This document shows, one piece after another, positions 18,048-27,091 of a stretch of 64,000 bases of DNA (position 1 is the first letter of the stretch; each line of letters opens with the position of its first letter). The notes beneath the pieces were generated by a model that worked only from the letters and a program-made list of their open reading frames with translations, searched no databases and was not told the DNA's origin. This DNA is from Bacteroidales bacterium (GTDB lineage Bacteria > Bacteroidota > Bacteroidia > Bacteroidales > UBA7960), in NCBI GenBank assembly GCA_007118495.1, contig SKRM01000057.1:33580-97579 (forward strand), given 5' to 3'. Made by a program: the position numbers and the translations under genes.

Positions 18048-19292
18048 ATGGGACAATCATCAGATAACAAACTAAAGATATTCAATGATCCTGTATATGG
18101 GTTTATCAACATCCCTGACGGATCTGTTTTTGATATAATTGAAACTCCTTTTTTTCAAAGGCTTCGACACATCAGGCAGCTTGGCATGTCACACCTTGTT
18201 TACCCCGGAGCCCTGCACACAAGGTTTCATCATGCCATGGGAGCCATGTACCTTATGGGCCAGGCTATCGAGATTTTGCGCTTTAAGGGTTACGAGATTT
18301 CAGAAGATGACGCATTGGCTGTAACCCAGGCCATTTTACTCCATGATATCGGGCATGGCCCTTTTTCGCATGCCCTTGAACACAGTCTGGTTAAGGGTGT
18401 AACCCATGAAGAACTATCCGGGCTCTTTATGCAGCGCTTGCACCAAACCATGCCGCATTCGCTTGAAAATGCCATCAGGATATTTAAAGGAACCCACCCC
18501 TGTAAACCCTTGCACCAATTGGTATCAAGCCAGCTTGACATGGACAGGCTTGACTATCTGAACCGTGATAGCTTTTTTACCGGAGTTTCTGAAGGTGTCA
18601 TCAGCTGGGACAGAATCATTAAAATGCTGAATATCTCAGACGACACCCTTGTAATTGACGCCAAGGGCATTTATAGCATCGAAAAATTCATCATTGCCCG
18701 ACGGCTTATGTATTGGCAGGTTTACCTGCACAAAACCGTAGTAGCAGCCGAAAGCATGCTGACCAATATATTGCGAAGGGCCAGGCAGTTGGCCATGGCC
18801 GGCGAAACATTACCCGCCAGTGCTGCACTCAGTCGCTTTTTATATCACGATTACAGATTACATAACTTTCTGAACGACGCAAGCCTGCTTGAAGATTTTT
18901 CTTTGCTGGATGACTATGACATTTATGCGGCCATCAAAAGCTGGGTTGTTCACGAGGATAAGCTTTTGGCCTATCTGTGCAGGAGTCTCGTGCACCGCAA
19001 GCTGTTCAGGGTACATATGCAAAATGAAGCTTTTGATCACAACCAGCTATCTCACATCAAGAGCAGGGCCAAAGAAGTTTTTGGTTTCATAAGCGACAGT
19101 GAACTTGATTACCTTGTTATTGAGGGGAAGTCAAGCAATAGTGCATATGATCCGGGAGCCTCAGGCATCATGATTTTGTCAAGGGATGGCCGTCTCAACG
19201 ACATTGCAACAGCCAGCGATCAATTAAATATCAATGTTTTATCCAGTCCGGTTGAAAAGTTTGTCTTGTGTTATCCAAAAGAACTAACATAA
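18048..19292 (+). CDS. HD-domain phosphohydrolase (dNTPase/YwfO-like)
   Basis: FNDPVYG, QRLRHIRQLG, HTRFHH, LLHDIGHGPFSH, DMDRLDYL, YWQVYLHK. Confidence 0.9.
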   Translation: MGQSSDNKLKIFNDPVYGFINIPDGSVFDIIETPFFQRLRHIRQLGMSHLVYPGALHTRFHHAMGAMYLMGQAIEILRFKGYEISEDDALAVTQAILLHDIGHGPFSHALEHSLVKGVTHEELSGLFMQRLHQTMPHSLENAIRIFKGTHPCKPLHQLVSSQLDMDRLDYLNRDSFFTGVSEGVISWDRIIKMLNISDDTLVIDAKGIYSIEKFIIARRLMYWQVYLHKTVVAAESMLTNILRRARQLAMAGETLPASAALSRFLYHDYRLHNFLNDASLLEDFSLLDDYDIYAAIKSWVVHEDKLLAYLCRSLVHRKLFRVHMQNEAFDHNQLSHIKSRAKEVFGFISDSELDYLVIEGKSSNSAYDPGASGIMILSRDGRLNDIATASDQLNINVLSSPVEKFVLCYPKELT

Positions 19293-19359
19293 AAACTTCT
19301 TGGCAGTCAGCATAAATATTGGTAACTTGCGCGCCCTTATTCTCGCATAGAAAGCACAT

Positions 19360-20403
19360 ATGGAATTCACAGCCAGACAGATATCCGATTTTTTAAACGG
19401 CGAAATTGAAGGAGACCCCAACATCAAGGTGTCTCGGATCTCAACCATAGAAGAGGGCGGTAGCGGCAGTTTGACCTTTTTATCCAATCCGGCATACACC
19501 AACCACATATATCAAACCACTGCTTCCATTATTCTTGTCAGACAAGATTTTCAACCAGAAAAGCCTGTTTCAAGCACGCTGATTCGTGTCAGTGATCCAT
19601 ATGGCGCCCTGGCCAGATTGTTGGAACTTTACCAGGCAAATCTGCCCCAGAAAACAGGGGTCTCAGAGTTGGCGTGGATATCTCCCACTTCTGAACCTGG
19701 TGAAAATGCCTATGTCGGAGCATTTGCCTACATTGGCGAACATGTAAAAATGGGGAAAAATGTAAAGATATATCCCAATTGCTATATCGGTGACAATGTG
19801 GTTATCGGCGACAATACCGTATTTTTCAGTGGAGCCAAGGTGTATGACAACTCATTAATCGGGAATGATTGCAATATCCACGCCAATGTGGTAATTGGTG
19901 CCGACGGGTTTGGTTTTGCCCCCCAAACTGACCGGAACTATAAAAAAATTGAACAAATAGGCAATGTAATCATCGAAGACCAGGTTGAAATTGGGGCCGG
20001 ATCTACCATCGACAGGGCTACTCTCGGATCAACCATTATTCGCAAAGGAGTCAAACTCGATAACCTGATTCAGATCGGTCATAATGTGGTTGTAGGAGAA
20101 AACACCGTAATGGCCGCACAGAGCGGAGTTGCGGGATCATCAAAAATTGGGAAAAATTGCATGATTGGCGGACAAGTTGGAATCAGTGGCCATATTAACA
20201 TAGGAGATGAAGTTAAAATTGCAGCCCAGGCCGGCATAGCTTCGAACATCAAAGACGGGCAAATTGTTATGGGTTCACCAGCCCTGGAAGCCTCGCAATA
20301 CAAAAAAGCTTTTATCTATTTCAAAAACTTTGAGAAGCTGGTCAAGCGAATTGAAGAGTTGGAAAAAGAACTCAGCAAGCTTCAAAAAGGCGAACTCAAG
20401 TGA
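19360..20403 (+). CDS. lpxD: UDP-3-O-acyl-glucosamine N-acyltransferase LpxD
   Basis: Hexapeptide repeats, GADGFGF, TIDRAT, KLDNLIQIGHNV. Confidence 0.95.
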   Translation: MEFTARQISDFLNGEIEGDPNIKVSRISTIEEGGSGSLTFLSNPAYTNHIYQTTASIILVRQDFQPEKPVSSTLIRVSDPYGALARLLELYQANLPQKTGVSELAWISPTSEPGENAYVGAFAYIGEHVKMGKNVKIYPNCYIGDNVVIGDNTVFFSGAKVYDNSLIGNDCNIHANVVIGADGFGFAPQTDRNYKKIEQIGNVIIEDQVEIGAGSTIDRATLGSTIIRKGVKLDNLIQIGHNVVVGENTVMAAQSGVAGSSKIGKNCMIGGQVGISGHINIGDEVKIAAQAGIASNIKDGQIVMGSPALEASQYKKAFIYFKNFEKLVKRIEELEKELSKLQKGELK

Positions 20404-20409
20404 AATTTT

Positions 20410-21801
20410 ATGAACGAAAAACAGAAGACCATAAAGCAAGCCGTCACTGTGACAGGCGTGGGTTTACATACAGGCAAAAATGTACACCTGACCATACATC
20501 CGGCTCCTGAAAATACTGGTATCCGTTTCTGGCGGTCTGACCTGGGCGACGAGGCTTTTGTAGAGGCCGACGCCAACCTGGTGGTTGACACCTCAAGAGG
20601 TACCACCATTGAAAAAGAAGGGATGAGGATAGCCACTGTTGAGCATGTATTGGCTGCACTAACCGGTAATGGTATTGACAATGCCACCATTGAAGTTGAT
20701 TGCCCTGAAACGCCTATACTTGACGGAAGCAGCAAAATCTATGTTGAAGCCATCGAAAAAGCAGGCACTGTCGAACAAGAGGCTTTTAAGAACTATTTTG
20801 AGGTCAGAGAGCCAATCAGGTTCTACCATGAAGAAAAAGATTGCGAGATTATTGCGCTGCCCAGTGACCAGTTCAGGGTTACCTGCATGATAGATTATGA
20901 GTCAAAGGTTCTTGGCCATCAGTATGCCACTATGAATTCAACGTCTGAGTTCAATGAGGAGATTGCAAAATGCAGAACATTTGTGTTTCTGCACGAACTT
21001 GAATACCTGTTGAACCAAAACCTTATCAGGGGCGGAGACCTGAGCAATGCCATTGTATTTGTTGACAAGCCGGTTAGCCAGCAAGAGCTTGACAGATTAG
21101 CCGGTGTGTTCAACAAACCTACGGTTGCCGTCAGGCAAGAAGGAATCCTCAACAACCTTGAACTGGCTTTCCCAAACGAGCCGGCACGCCATAAACTGCT
21201 TGACGTTATGGGTGATCTTACCCTTGCAGGTAAACCAATCAAAGGGCATATCATTGCCACCAAGCCAGGACATGCGTCCAATGTGCTTTTTGCCAAACAA
21301 ATCAAAAAACATATTCGCATTCAGCTCGAACAAGAGCAGATTCCGGTATATGATCCTGATGCAACACCACTTTATGACATCAACGAGATCAAGCGGATGT
21401 TGCCACACCGGCCACCATTTCTTCTGGTTGACAAGGTAATTGAGGTTACTGATTCATCAGTGGTGGCCGTCAAGAATGTGAGCATGAATGAACCTTTCTT
21501 CATCGGCCATTTTCCTGATGAGCCCCTCATGCCAGGTGTGCTACAGATTGAAGCCATGGCACAGGCCGGAGGCATACTGGTTTTATCAACTGTTGATGAT
21601 CCGGGTAACTACAATACCTACTTCTTAAAGATTGACAACGTCAGATTTAAGCAAAAAGTGGTTCCCGGTGATACCCTTGTATTTAAACTTACACTGATAT
21701 CGCCCGTCAGAAGAGGCATTTGTCATATGAAAGGAGTTGCCTACGTGGGCAGAAAAGTAGTATTGGAAGCCGAACTGATGGCGCAAATCAGTAAAAAATA
21801 A
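20410..21801 (+). CDS. lpxC: Bifunctional LpxC / FabZ
   Basis: GVGLHTG, TVEHVLA and RHKLLD..GD (LpxC) fused to LPHRPPFLLVD..GHFP..PLMPGVLQIEAMAQ (FabZ); this fusion is typical of Bacteroidota. Confidence 0.96.
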   Translation: MNEKQKTIKQAVTVTGVGLHTGKNVHLTIHPAPENTGIRFWRSDLGDEAFVEADANLVVDTSRGTTIEKEGMRIATVEHVLAALTGNGIDNATIEVDCPETPILDGSSKIYVEAIEKAGTVEQEAFKNYFEVREPIRFYHEEKDCEIIALPSDQFRVTCMIDYESKVLGHQYATMNSTSEFNEEIAKCRTFVFLHELEYLLNQNLIRGGDLSNAIVFVDKPVSQQELDRLAGVFNKPTVAVRQEGILNNLELAFPNEPARHKLLDVMGDLTLAGKPIKGHIIATKPGHASNVLFAKQIKKHIRIQLEQEQIPVYDPDATPLYDINEIKRMLPHRPPFLLVDKVIEVTDSSVVAVKNVSMNEPFFIGHFPDEPLMPGVLQIEAMAQAGGILVLSTVDDPGNYNTYFLKIDNVRFKQKVVPGDTLVFKLTLISPVRRGICHMKGVAYVGRKVVLEAELMAQISKK

Positions 21802-21808
21802 CCGTCTT

Positions 21809-22597
21809 ATGAATCAACCGCTAGCATACGTCCACCCCCAGGCTAAAATTGCCAGGAATGTGGTCATCGAACCTTTTGTCACCATCCACAAAAATGTTGA
21901 AATTGGTGAAGGTACATGGATAGGATCAAATGTTACCATCATGGAAGGCGCAAGAATCGGTAAGAATTGCCGGATTTTTCCCGGAGCCGTTATCAGTGCC
22001 GTACCACAAGATCTGAAATTTGAAGGTGAAGAAACCACTGTTGAGATTGGCGACAACACAACCATTCGTGAGTTCGTAACCGTTAACAGGGGAACAAAGG
22101 CCAATAACAAGACCGTGATTGGCAATAACTGCCTGCTGATGGCCTATGTTCACATTGCCCATGACTGTATCATAGGCAATCACTGTATACTTGCCAATGC
22201 CGCCAACCTTGCCGGACATATCACCATGGAAGATTATGCTATTTTGGGCGGCCTGTCGGCTGTTCATCAGTTTGTTAACATTGGTGCCCATGTGATGATA
22301 TCAGGTGGCTCGCTGGTAAGAAAAGATGTACCCCCGTTTACCAAGGCAGCCAGAGACCCACTTTCGTTTGTAGGAATCAATTCGATTGGTTTGCGACGAA
22401 GAGGCTATAGCAGTGAGAAAATCAATGAAATACAGGATATTTATCGCGTGCTGTATCTGAAAAGCCATAACGTCAGTCAGGCTATCAACTTTATTGAGAC
22501 AGAAATGCCCGCCACGCCTGAGCGTGACGAGATACTAAGTTTTATTTCAAAATCAAGCAGGGGGATTATGAAAGGCTACGCCTACAAGGACAGATAA
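21809..22597 (+). CDS. lpxA: UDP-N-acetylglucosamine O-acyltransferase LpxA
   Basis: PQDLKF, IREFVTVNRGT, HIAHDC, AVHQF, GINSIGLRRRG. Confidence 0.96.
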   Translation: MNQPLAYVHPQAKIARNVVIEPFVTIHKNVEIGEGTWIGSNVTIMEGARIGKNCRIFPGAVISAVPQDLKFEGEETTVEIGDNTTIREFVTVNRGTKANNKTVIGNNCLLMAYVHIAHDCIIGNHCILANAANLAGHITMEDYAILGGLSAVHQFVNIGAHVMISGGSLVRKDVPPFTKAARDPLSFVGINSIGLRRRGYSSEKINEIQDIYRVLYLKSHNVSQAINFIETEMPATPERDEILSFISKSSRGIMKGYAYKDR

Positions 22598-22607
22598 AAC
22601 ACCCTGA

Positions 22608-23219
22608 ATGATACAGGTCAACATAAGCAAAGCCGGTAAAAAGTTTCAGGGCAAATGGGTTTTCCGACATATGGATTTAACCCTTGATCCGGGCAGGCGA
22701 TATGTCATTGCCGGAAAGAATGGCAGCGGAAAATCTACTCTGCTGAAAATGATTTCTGGTTATCTCAGTCCGTCAGAAGGCACATTAAGTTGGTCACTCG
22801 ATAAACTTCCCATCCATTCAGATGTATTGTTTCGACACATATCCATGTCGGCCCCTTACATTGACCCCATCGATGAATTTACCTTCACTGAGTTACTCGG
22901 GTTTTGCCGACGTTTCAAAGACATTCCTGAAGGGCTTTCAAACCGCCAGATTATTTCGATGGCGGGGCTTGAAGGCAGTTTTGACAAACCCATCAGAAAT
23001 TTTTCTTCAGGAATGAGGCAAAGGGTCAAGCTTTGCCTGGCTGTTGTTCCATTGTCGGGACTCTTGCTTCTCGATGAACCCTGCAGCAACCTGGATGATG
23101 AATCACGTCAATGGTATGCCTACCTGATGCAAACCTATGGCCAGAACAGAACTGTTGTGATAGCCTCCAATCATAACCCTGCTGAGTATTTGCCCGATGA
23201 TGAGATGATTTCTCTTTGA
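22608..23219 (+). CDS. Stand-alone ABC ATP-binding protein (possibly CcmA-like)
   Basis: Walker A GKNGSGKS, signature FSSGMRQR, Walker B LLLLDEP; 203 aa. Confidence 0.85.
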   Translation: MIQVNISKAGKKFQGKWVFRHMDLTLDPGRRYVIAGKNGSGKSTLLKMISGYLSPSEGTLSWSLDKLPIHSDVLFRHISMSAPYIDPIDEFTFTELLGFCRRFKDIPEGLSNRQIISMAGLEGSFDKPIRNFSSGMRQRVKLCLAVVPLSGLLLLDEPCSNLDDESRQWYAYLMQTYGQNRTVVIASNHNPAEYLPDDEMISL

Positions 23220-23308
23220 CCCCGTGATGGTTGTTTTACAGATAAAGAGTAATTTATTTTTATTACTTTTGTGCCGGAATAGACCAAACTATTGAATCAT
23301 ATGTTTTT

Positions 23309-23872
23309 ATGGCAACAACTTCAGATTTCCGCAACGGACTTTGTATAGAACTCAACAATGAATTATTTACCATTGTTGATTTCCAGCATGTAAAACCCGG
23401 CAAAGGCGGAGCTTTTGTACGTACCAAACTTAAAAACCTAAAAACAGGTAAGGTGCTGGCAAACACCTTCAACGCAGGTGTAAAAATTAACCTGGCCAGG
23501 GTTGAAAGGAGACCTTACCAATTTATTTATAAAGATGATCTGGGTTACCATTTTATGCATGCCTCCACTTTTGAACAGCTGACCATTGAGGAGCAACTGA
23601 TTAATGCCCCTGACCTTTTGAAAGAAGGGCAAGAGGTTGAGGTTGTTGTGCACGCTGACTCAGAGACCCCATTGAGCTGCGAACTTCCGCCCTTTGTTGT
23701 ATTGGAAGTTACTTATTCTGAACCCGGGGTAAAAGGCGATACAGCCACAAACACCCTTAAGGCCGCCACAGTTGAAACCGGAGCTACCATAAATGTGCCG
23801 CTGTTTATAGATACTGGTGAAAAGATCAAGGTTGACACCCGTACAAGAGCTTATTCAGAAAGAGTTAAATAA
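23309..23872 (+). CDS. efp: Elongation factor P
   Basis: [27 protein letters not shown]; TACTTTTG promoter box at 23264-23271. Confidence 0.97.
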   Translation: MATTSDFRNGLCIELNNELFTIVDFQHVKPGKGGAFVRTKLKNLKTGKVLANTFNAGVKINLARVERRPYQFIYKDDLGYHFMHASTFEQLTIEEQLINAPDLLKEGQEVEVVVHADSETPLSCELPPFVVLEVTYSEPGVKGDTATNTLKAATVETGATINVPLFIDTGEKIKVDTRTRAYSERVK

Positions 23873-23880
23873 AGCCCGAT

Positions 23881-24807
23881 ATGCAATTAACTCCTCCGCT
23901 CAAACTACAACAAGTTGCAGGATTTATACAGGCTGAGTTTTCTGGTGATCCCGGGCATATAATCAGTGGCATAAATGAAATTCACAGGGTTGTAAAGGGA
24001 GATATCACCTTTGTTGACCATCCGAAATATTATAGAAAAGCCCTGGAATCTGCTGCTTCGACCATTATTATCAACAAGAAAATGCCTTCTCCAAACGGGA
24101 AGGCACTTATTTTTTCAGATGATCCATTCAAGGATTTTGTCTTTCTAATCAAAAAGTTCAGGCCCTTCGAGCAATCTTCATCCATGATCAGCCCCACTGC
24201 CATCATTGGCCAGGGCACCAGGGTACAACCCGGGACGTTTATCGGCAACCACGTTACCATCGGAAGAAACTGCCTTATTCACTCAAATGTGAGCATATAT
24301 GATCACTGTGAGATAGGTGATAACGTAATCATTCATTCAGGTGCCATTATTGGGGCAGATGCCTTTTATTTTAAAAGAAGGCCAGAATTCCATGACAAAC
24401 TGGAGTCATGTGGCAAAGTAGTTATTGGCGATCATGTTGAAATCGGGGCAAATACGACCATAGACAAAGGAGTTTCCGGAAGTACGATTATCGGCGATGG
24501 AACCAAGCTTGACAATCTGATCCAGATCGGACACGATACCATTGTTGGTAAAAATTGTCTGTTTGCAGCCCAGGTTGGTGTTGCAGGCTGCGTTAATATC
24601 GAAGATGATGTTATACTCTGGGGACAGGTCGGTGTTCAGAAAGACCTCACCATCGGTAAGGGTGCCGTGGTTTTGGGCCAATCGGGCGTAATCAAGTCAC
24701 TTGAGGGGAACAAGACATACTTTGGCTTACCTGCAATTGATGCCACAGAAAAAATGAGAGAAATTGCCTTGTTAAAAAGGCTTCCGGATGTTTTTGAGAA
24801 TTTATAA
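23881..24807 (+). CDS. LpxD-like acyltransferase (second paralog)
   Basis: GDITFVDHPKY, hexapeptide repeats, GADAFYF, KLDNLIQIGHD. Confidence 0.85.
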   Translation: MQLTPPLKLQQVAGFIQAEFSGDPGHIISGINEIHRVVKGDITFVDHPKYYRKALESAASTIIINKKMPSPNGKALIFSDDPFKDFVFLIKKFRPFEQSSSMISPTAIIGQGTRVQPGTFIGNHVTIGRNCLIHSNVSIYDHCEIGDNVIIHSGAIIGADAFYFKRRPEFHDKLESCGKVVIGDHVEIGANTTIDKGVSGSTIIGDGTKLDNLIQIGHDTIVGKNCLFAAQVGVAGCVNIEDDVILWGQVGVQKDLTIGKGAVVLGQSGVIKSLEGNKTYFGLPAIDATEKMREIALLKRLPDVFENL

Positions 24808-24815
24808 GACATCAA

Positions 24816-25217
24816 TCAGTCAAATACATACTCCGTCTGACCGATCTCATCAGGATTATACTTTGAAGGGCATTTTAACAGCAGACTGCTGGCCACGAAG
24901 GTATCCCCTTCATAGCGACCAATGAGAACAACTTCATCTGACTGCTCAAAGTCTTGTGGTTTTCCTCCAAAATACATTACTTCTGTCACTTCTCCTTCCT
25001 TGTCACGCATATAGAACGTTAACAAAAGGGTGTTGTTAACCACTTTTTCTTCAACAGGCATATTCCTGACCAGGTCACCAATAATATGAAACTCCCGCCC
25101 GGGGTGATCCCTTGCTTCAGAAAAACTGGCATAGGTGTCGGCATTGTATACCATACTGATGATAACTCCAATTGAGACCACCACAAATATCAATCCCAAC
25201 AGTTGTGTCTTTTTCAT
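24816..25217 (-). CDS. ccmE: Heme chaperone CcmE, Cys-type (CxxxY)
   Basis: N-terminal TM, OB-fold-like segment (KPQDFE..VVLIG..F.A), heme-binding LLKCPSKY. Confidence 0.88.
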   Translation of the reverse strand: MKKTQLLGLIFVVVSIGVIISMVYNADTYASFSEARDHPGREFHIIGDLVRNMPVEEKVVNNTLLLTFYMRDKEGEVTEVMYFGGKPQDFEQSDEVVLIGRYEGDTFVASSLLLKCPSKYNPDEIGQTEYVFD

Positions 25218-25387
25218 GGTTTTGAATGATTATTATCCTTGTGGGTTAGCTCACCAGCATCTTTAAGCTTTTTTATTTTCTGCTCCAGACCGTGTAGTTT
25301 GCGGTCAATATAAAACATAAACAAGGCAATGCCCAAAAAGATCACTACCAATACCATCACCACAACCAGGAGTTTCCCTTCATCCAT
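25214..25387 (-). CDS. ccmD: CcmD-family small membrane protein (below the ORF-track cutoff)
   Basis: Hand-translated 57 aa MDEGKLLVVVMVLVVIFLGIALFMFYIDRKLHGLEQKIKKLK...; single TM plus basic tail; between ccmC and ccmE with an ATGA overlap. Confidence 0.8.
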   Translation of the reverse strand: MDEGKLLVVVMVLVVIFLGIALFMFYIDRKLHGLEQKIKKLKDAGELTHKDNNHSKP

Positions 25388-25399
25388 ATGATCATCCTT

Positions 25400-26080
25400 T
25401 TAATAATGCTCAGTTATTTCATCAATTTGCTTTTCAAGACGACTGGAGCGAAACAGCAGGGTGAACAACCACCAGGCCATAATAAACCAACCAGCCATGG
25501 CAGGAAAAAAAATCTTACGCATCTCAGGTGCCATATCTCCTGTTGCCAGGGCCGGATTTCCATCAATCCCAGGATGGATTGATGCCGACGCAAGTCTTGG
25601 TAAAATCATAATGAAAACAAAAAACAAAACAAAGGCAAATACATTGTAAACAGCGGCCAGCCTGGCTCTCATTTCTTCGTCTTCAAATGACGCTCTCAAG
25701 ACCATATAGGCAAGATAAGTAAGTATCCCTACAACTGCTCCATTGAGCTTGGGGTCATTAACCCAGAAACTCCCCCAGGTAAACTTTGCCCAGATCATTC
25801 CGGTTATCAGGCCTAGTGCCCCAAATAAAAGCCCCGTTTTTACCGCATTTAATGCTTTCAAATCATCAATCATCCGTCCATATAGCAGATAGCGAATACT
25901 GAAACCCAATGCTGCAAACAAAATAAACATCATTCCGAACCACATCCCAACATGAAAGTATACATTTCGGATGGTTTCTCTGATGACAGGCAATTGTGGA
26001 ACCGAAAACAAAAGGCCCCCTACAATCACATACACTAGAAGGATGATCCCGGCAATTTTCCACCAATGGGTTTTAAGCAT
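25400..26080 (-). CDS. ccmC: Heme exporter CcmC (WWD domain)
   Basis: YFHVGMW, WAKFTWGSFWVNDPKL (tryptophan-rich motif), SIHP. Confidence 0.88.
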   Translation of the reverse strand: MLKTHWWKIAGIILLVYVIVGGLLFSVPQLPVIRETIRNVYFHVGMWFGMMFILFAALGFSIRYLLYGRMIDDLKALNAVKTGLLFGALGLITGMIWAKFTWGSFWVNDPKLNGAVVGILTYLAYMVLRASFEDEEMRARLAAVYNVFAFVLFFVFIMILPRLASASIHPGIDGNPALATGDMAPEMRKIFFPAMAGWFIMAWWLFTLLFRSSRLEKQIDEITEHY

Positions 26081-26098
26081 ATCGGTATCACTATATGT

Positions 26099-26746
26099 TT
26101 ATTCTTTCCAAATATACGGAAATAATAGGTTTGAAAGAATCACTGTGATGATAATCAATAATGCTGATATTAATATATCAGATACACCTGCAGAGCCTCC
26201 GGTAAGAGCTGTTGAAGATACGCGTATTAACAGCAACAGCATGGGTAAGATCAGGGGAAATCCCAAAACGGCCATGAGGGTAAAATTGTTCCTGGCCCTG
26301 GAGGCAATGGCTGACACCAGGGTCAGCACAGAGGCAAAGCCCAGCATCCCCAAAAACAAATTCAGTAAAAACAGACCGGTGTGTACCAGTGGATTACCCA
26401 TAAAGAGTACAAATATACCAAACCCGGCCAGGCCGAGGATGGTCATAAGCGAGGCATTGTAAAGGATCTTTGCATTGATGACTCCCCGGGCACTAATATG
26501 GGTGTAATAAAAAAGCTGCCTGCTTTCAGCTTCTTGCATAAAACTTTTCAAAATGGCATTGACTGACGCAAACAGCATGATCAACCAGAATAATGCATTC
26601 CATGTTTGAACAGGAATTAGTCCGTCAAATGCCAGGTATGCAACAAAGACTGTCGAAACCAGGTATAGGATCACACCGCTGACGGCAAAGCGCTGCCGCC
26701 ACTCGAGCATGACTTCTTTGCGAAGAAAAGCCAATACTTCTTTCAT
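26099..26746 (-). CDS. ccmB: Heme exporter CcmB
   Basis: KEVMLEWR, LFWLIMLFA, AKILYN, LMAVLGFPLILP; six TM segments; TATTTTTG box at 26767-26774. Confidence 0.88.
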   Translation of the reverse strand: MKEVLAFLRKEVMLEWRQRFAVSGVILYLVSTVFVAYLAFDGLIPVQTWNALFWLIMLFASVNAILKSFMQEAESRQLFYYTHISARGVINAKILYNASLMTILGLAGFGIFVLFMGNPLVHTGLFLLNLFLGMLGFASVLTLVSAIASRARNNFTLMAVLGFPLILPMLLLLIRVSSTALTGGSAGVSDILISALLIIITVILSNLLFPYIWKE

Positions 26747-26870
26747 GGTTACTTCTTGATACACAACAAAAATACACTGATTTTTTTATCCGTGAAGATA
26801 AATCAACCCACATGTGTACCAGCTGCCCTGACCGGTTTAGCTTGTCTGCAAACCCACATGACTTTATACC

Positions 26871-26904
26871 AAAAAAAAACCGGGCCAGATATCTGCCCGG
26901 TTTT
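26871..26904 (-). terminator. Intrinsic terminator after tRNA-His
   Basis: AAAACCGGGCAGATATCTGGCCCGG followed by a T run on the minus strand. Confidence 0.8.
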
Positions 26905-26905
26905 G

Positions 26906-26980
26906 GGTGGCTAATGGGACTCGAACCCACGACCCTCAGAACCACAATCTGATGCTCTAACCTACTGAGCTACAGCCACC
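26906..26980 (-). tRNA. tRNA-His (GUG)
   Basis: G-1 GTGGCTG...TAGCCACC; anticodon arm TCAGA-TTGTGGT-TCTGA; promoter box TATATTTG at 26996-27003. Confidence 0.96.
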
Positions 26981-27091
26981 GTGTAATTGCGAGTGCAAAT
27001 ATACATTTTTTTTACGTAATTTGTCAGGTCAGAAAACTAAAAAAGTTTAATTTTTCCAAAGGTCTGCGGGAGCCGTTCTCCCCTTCAATTC

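Noticed and set aside
20410-21801. lpxC-fabZ fusion (and the second lpxD-like gene at 23881-24807) as novelties
   Set aside because: Both are common features of Bacteroidota genomes.
26625-26945. 106-aa ORF starting inside tRNA-His
   Set aside because: It runs through a tRNA, a terminator and ccmB in another frame; spurious.
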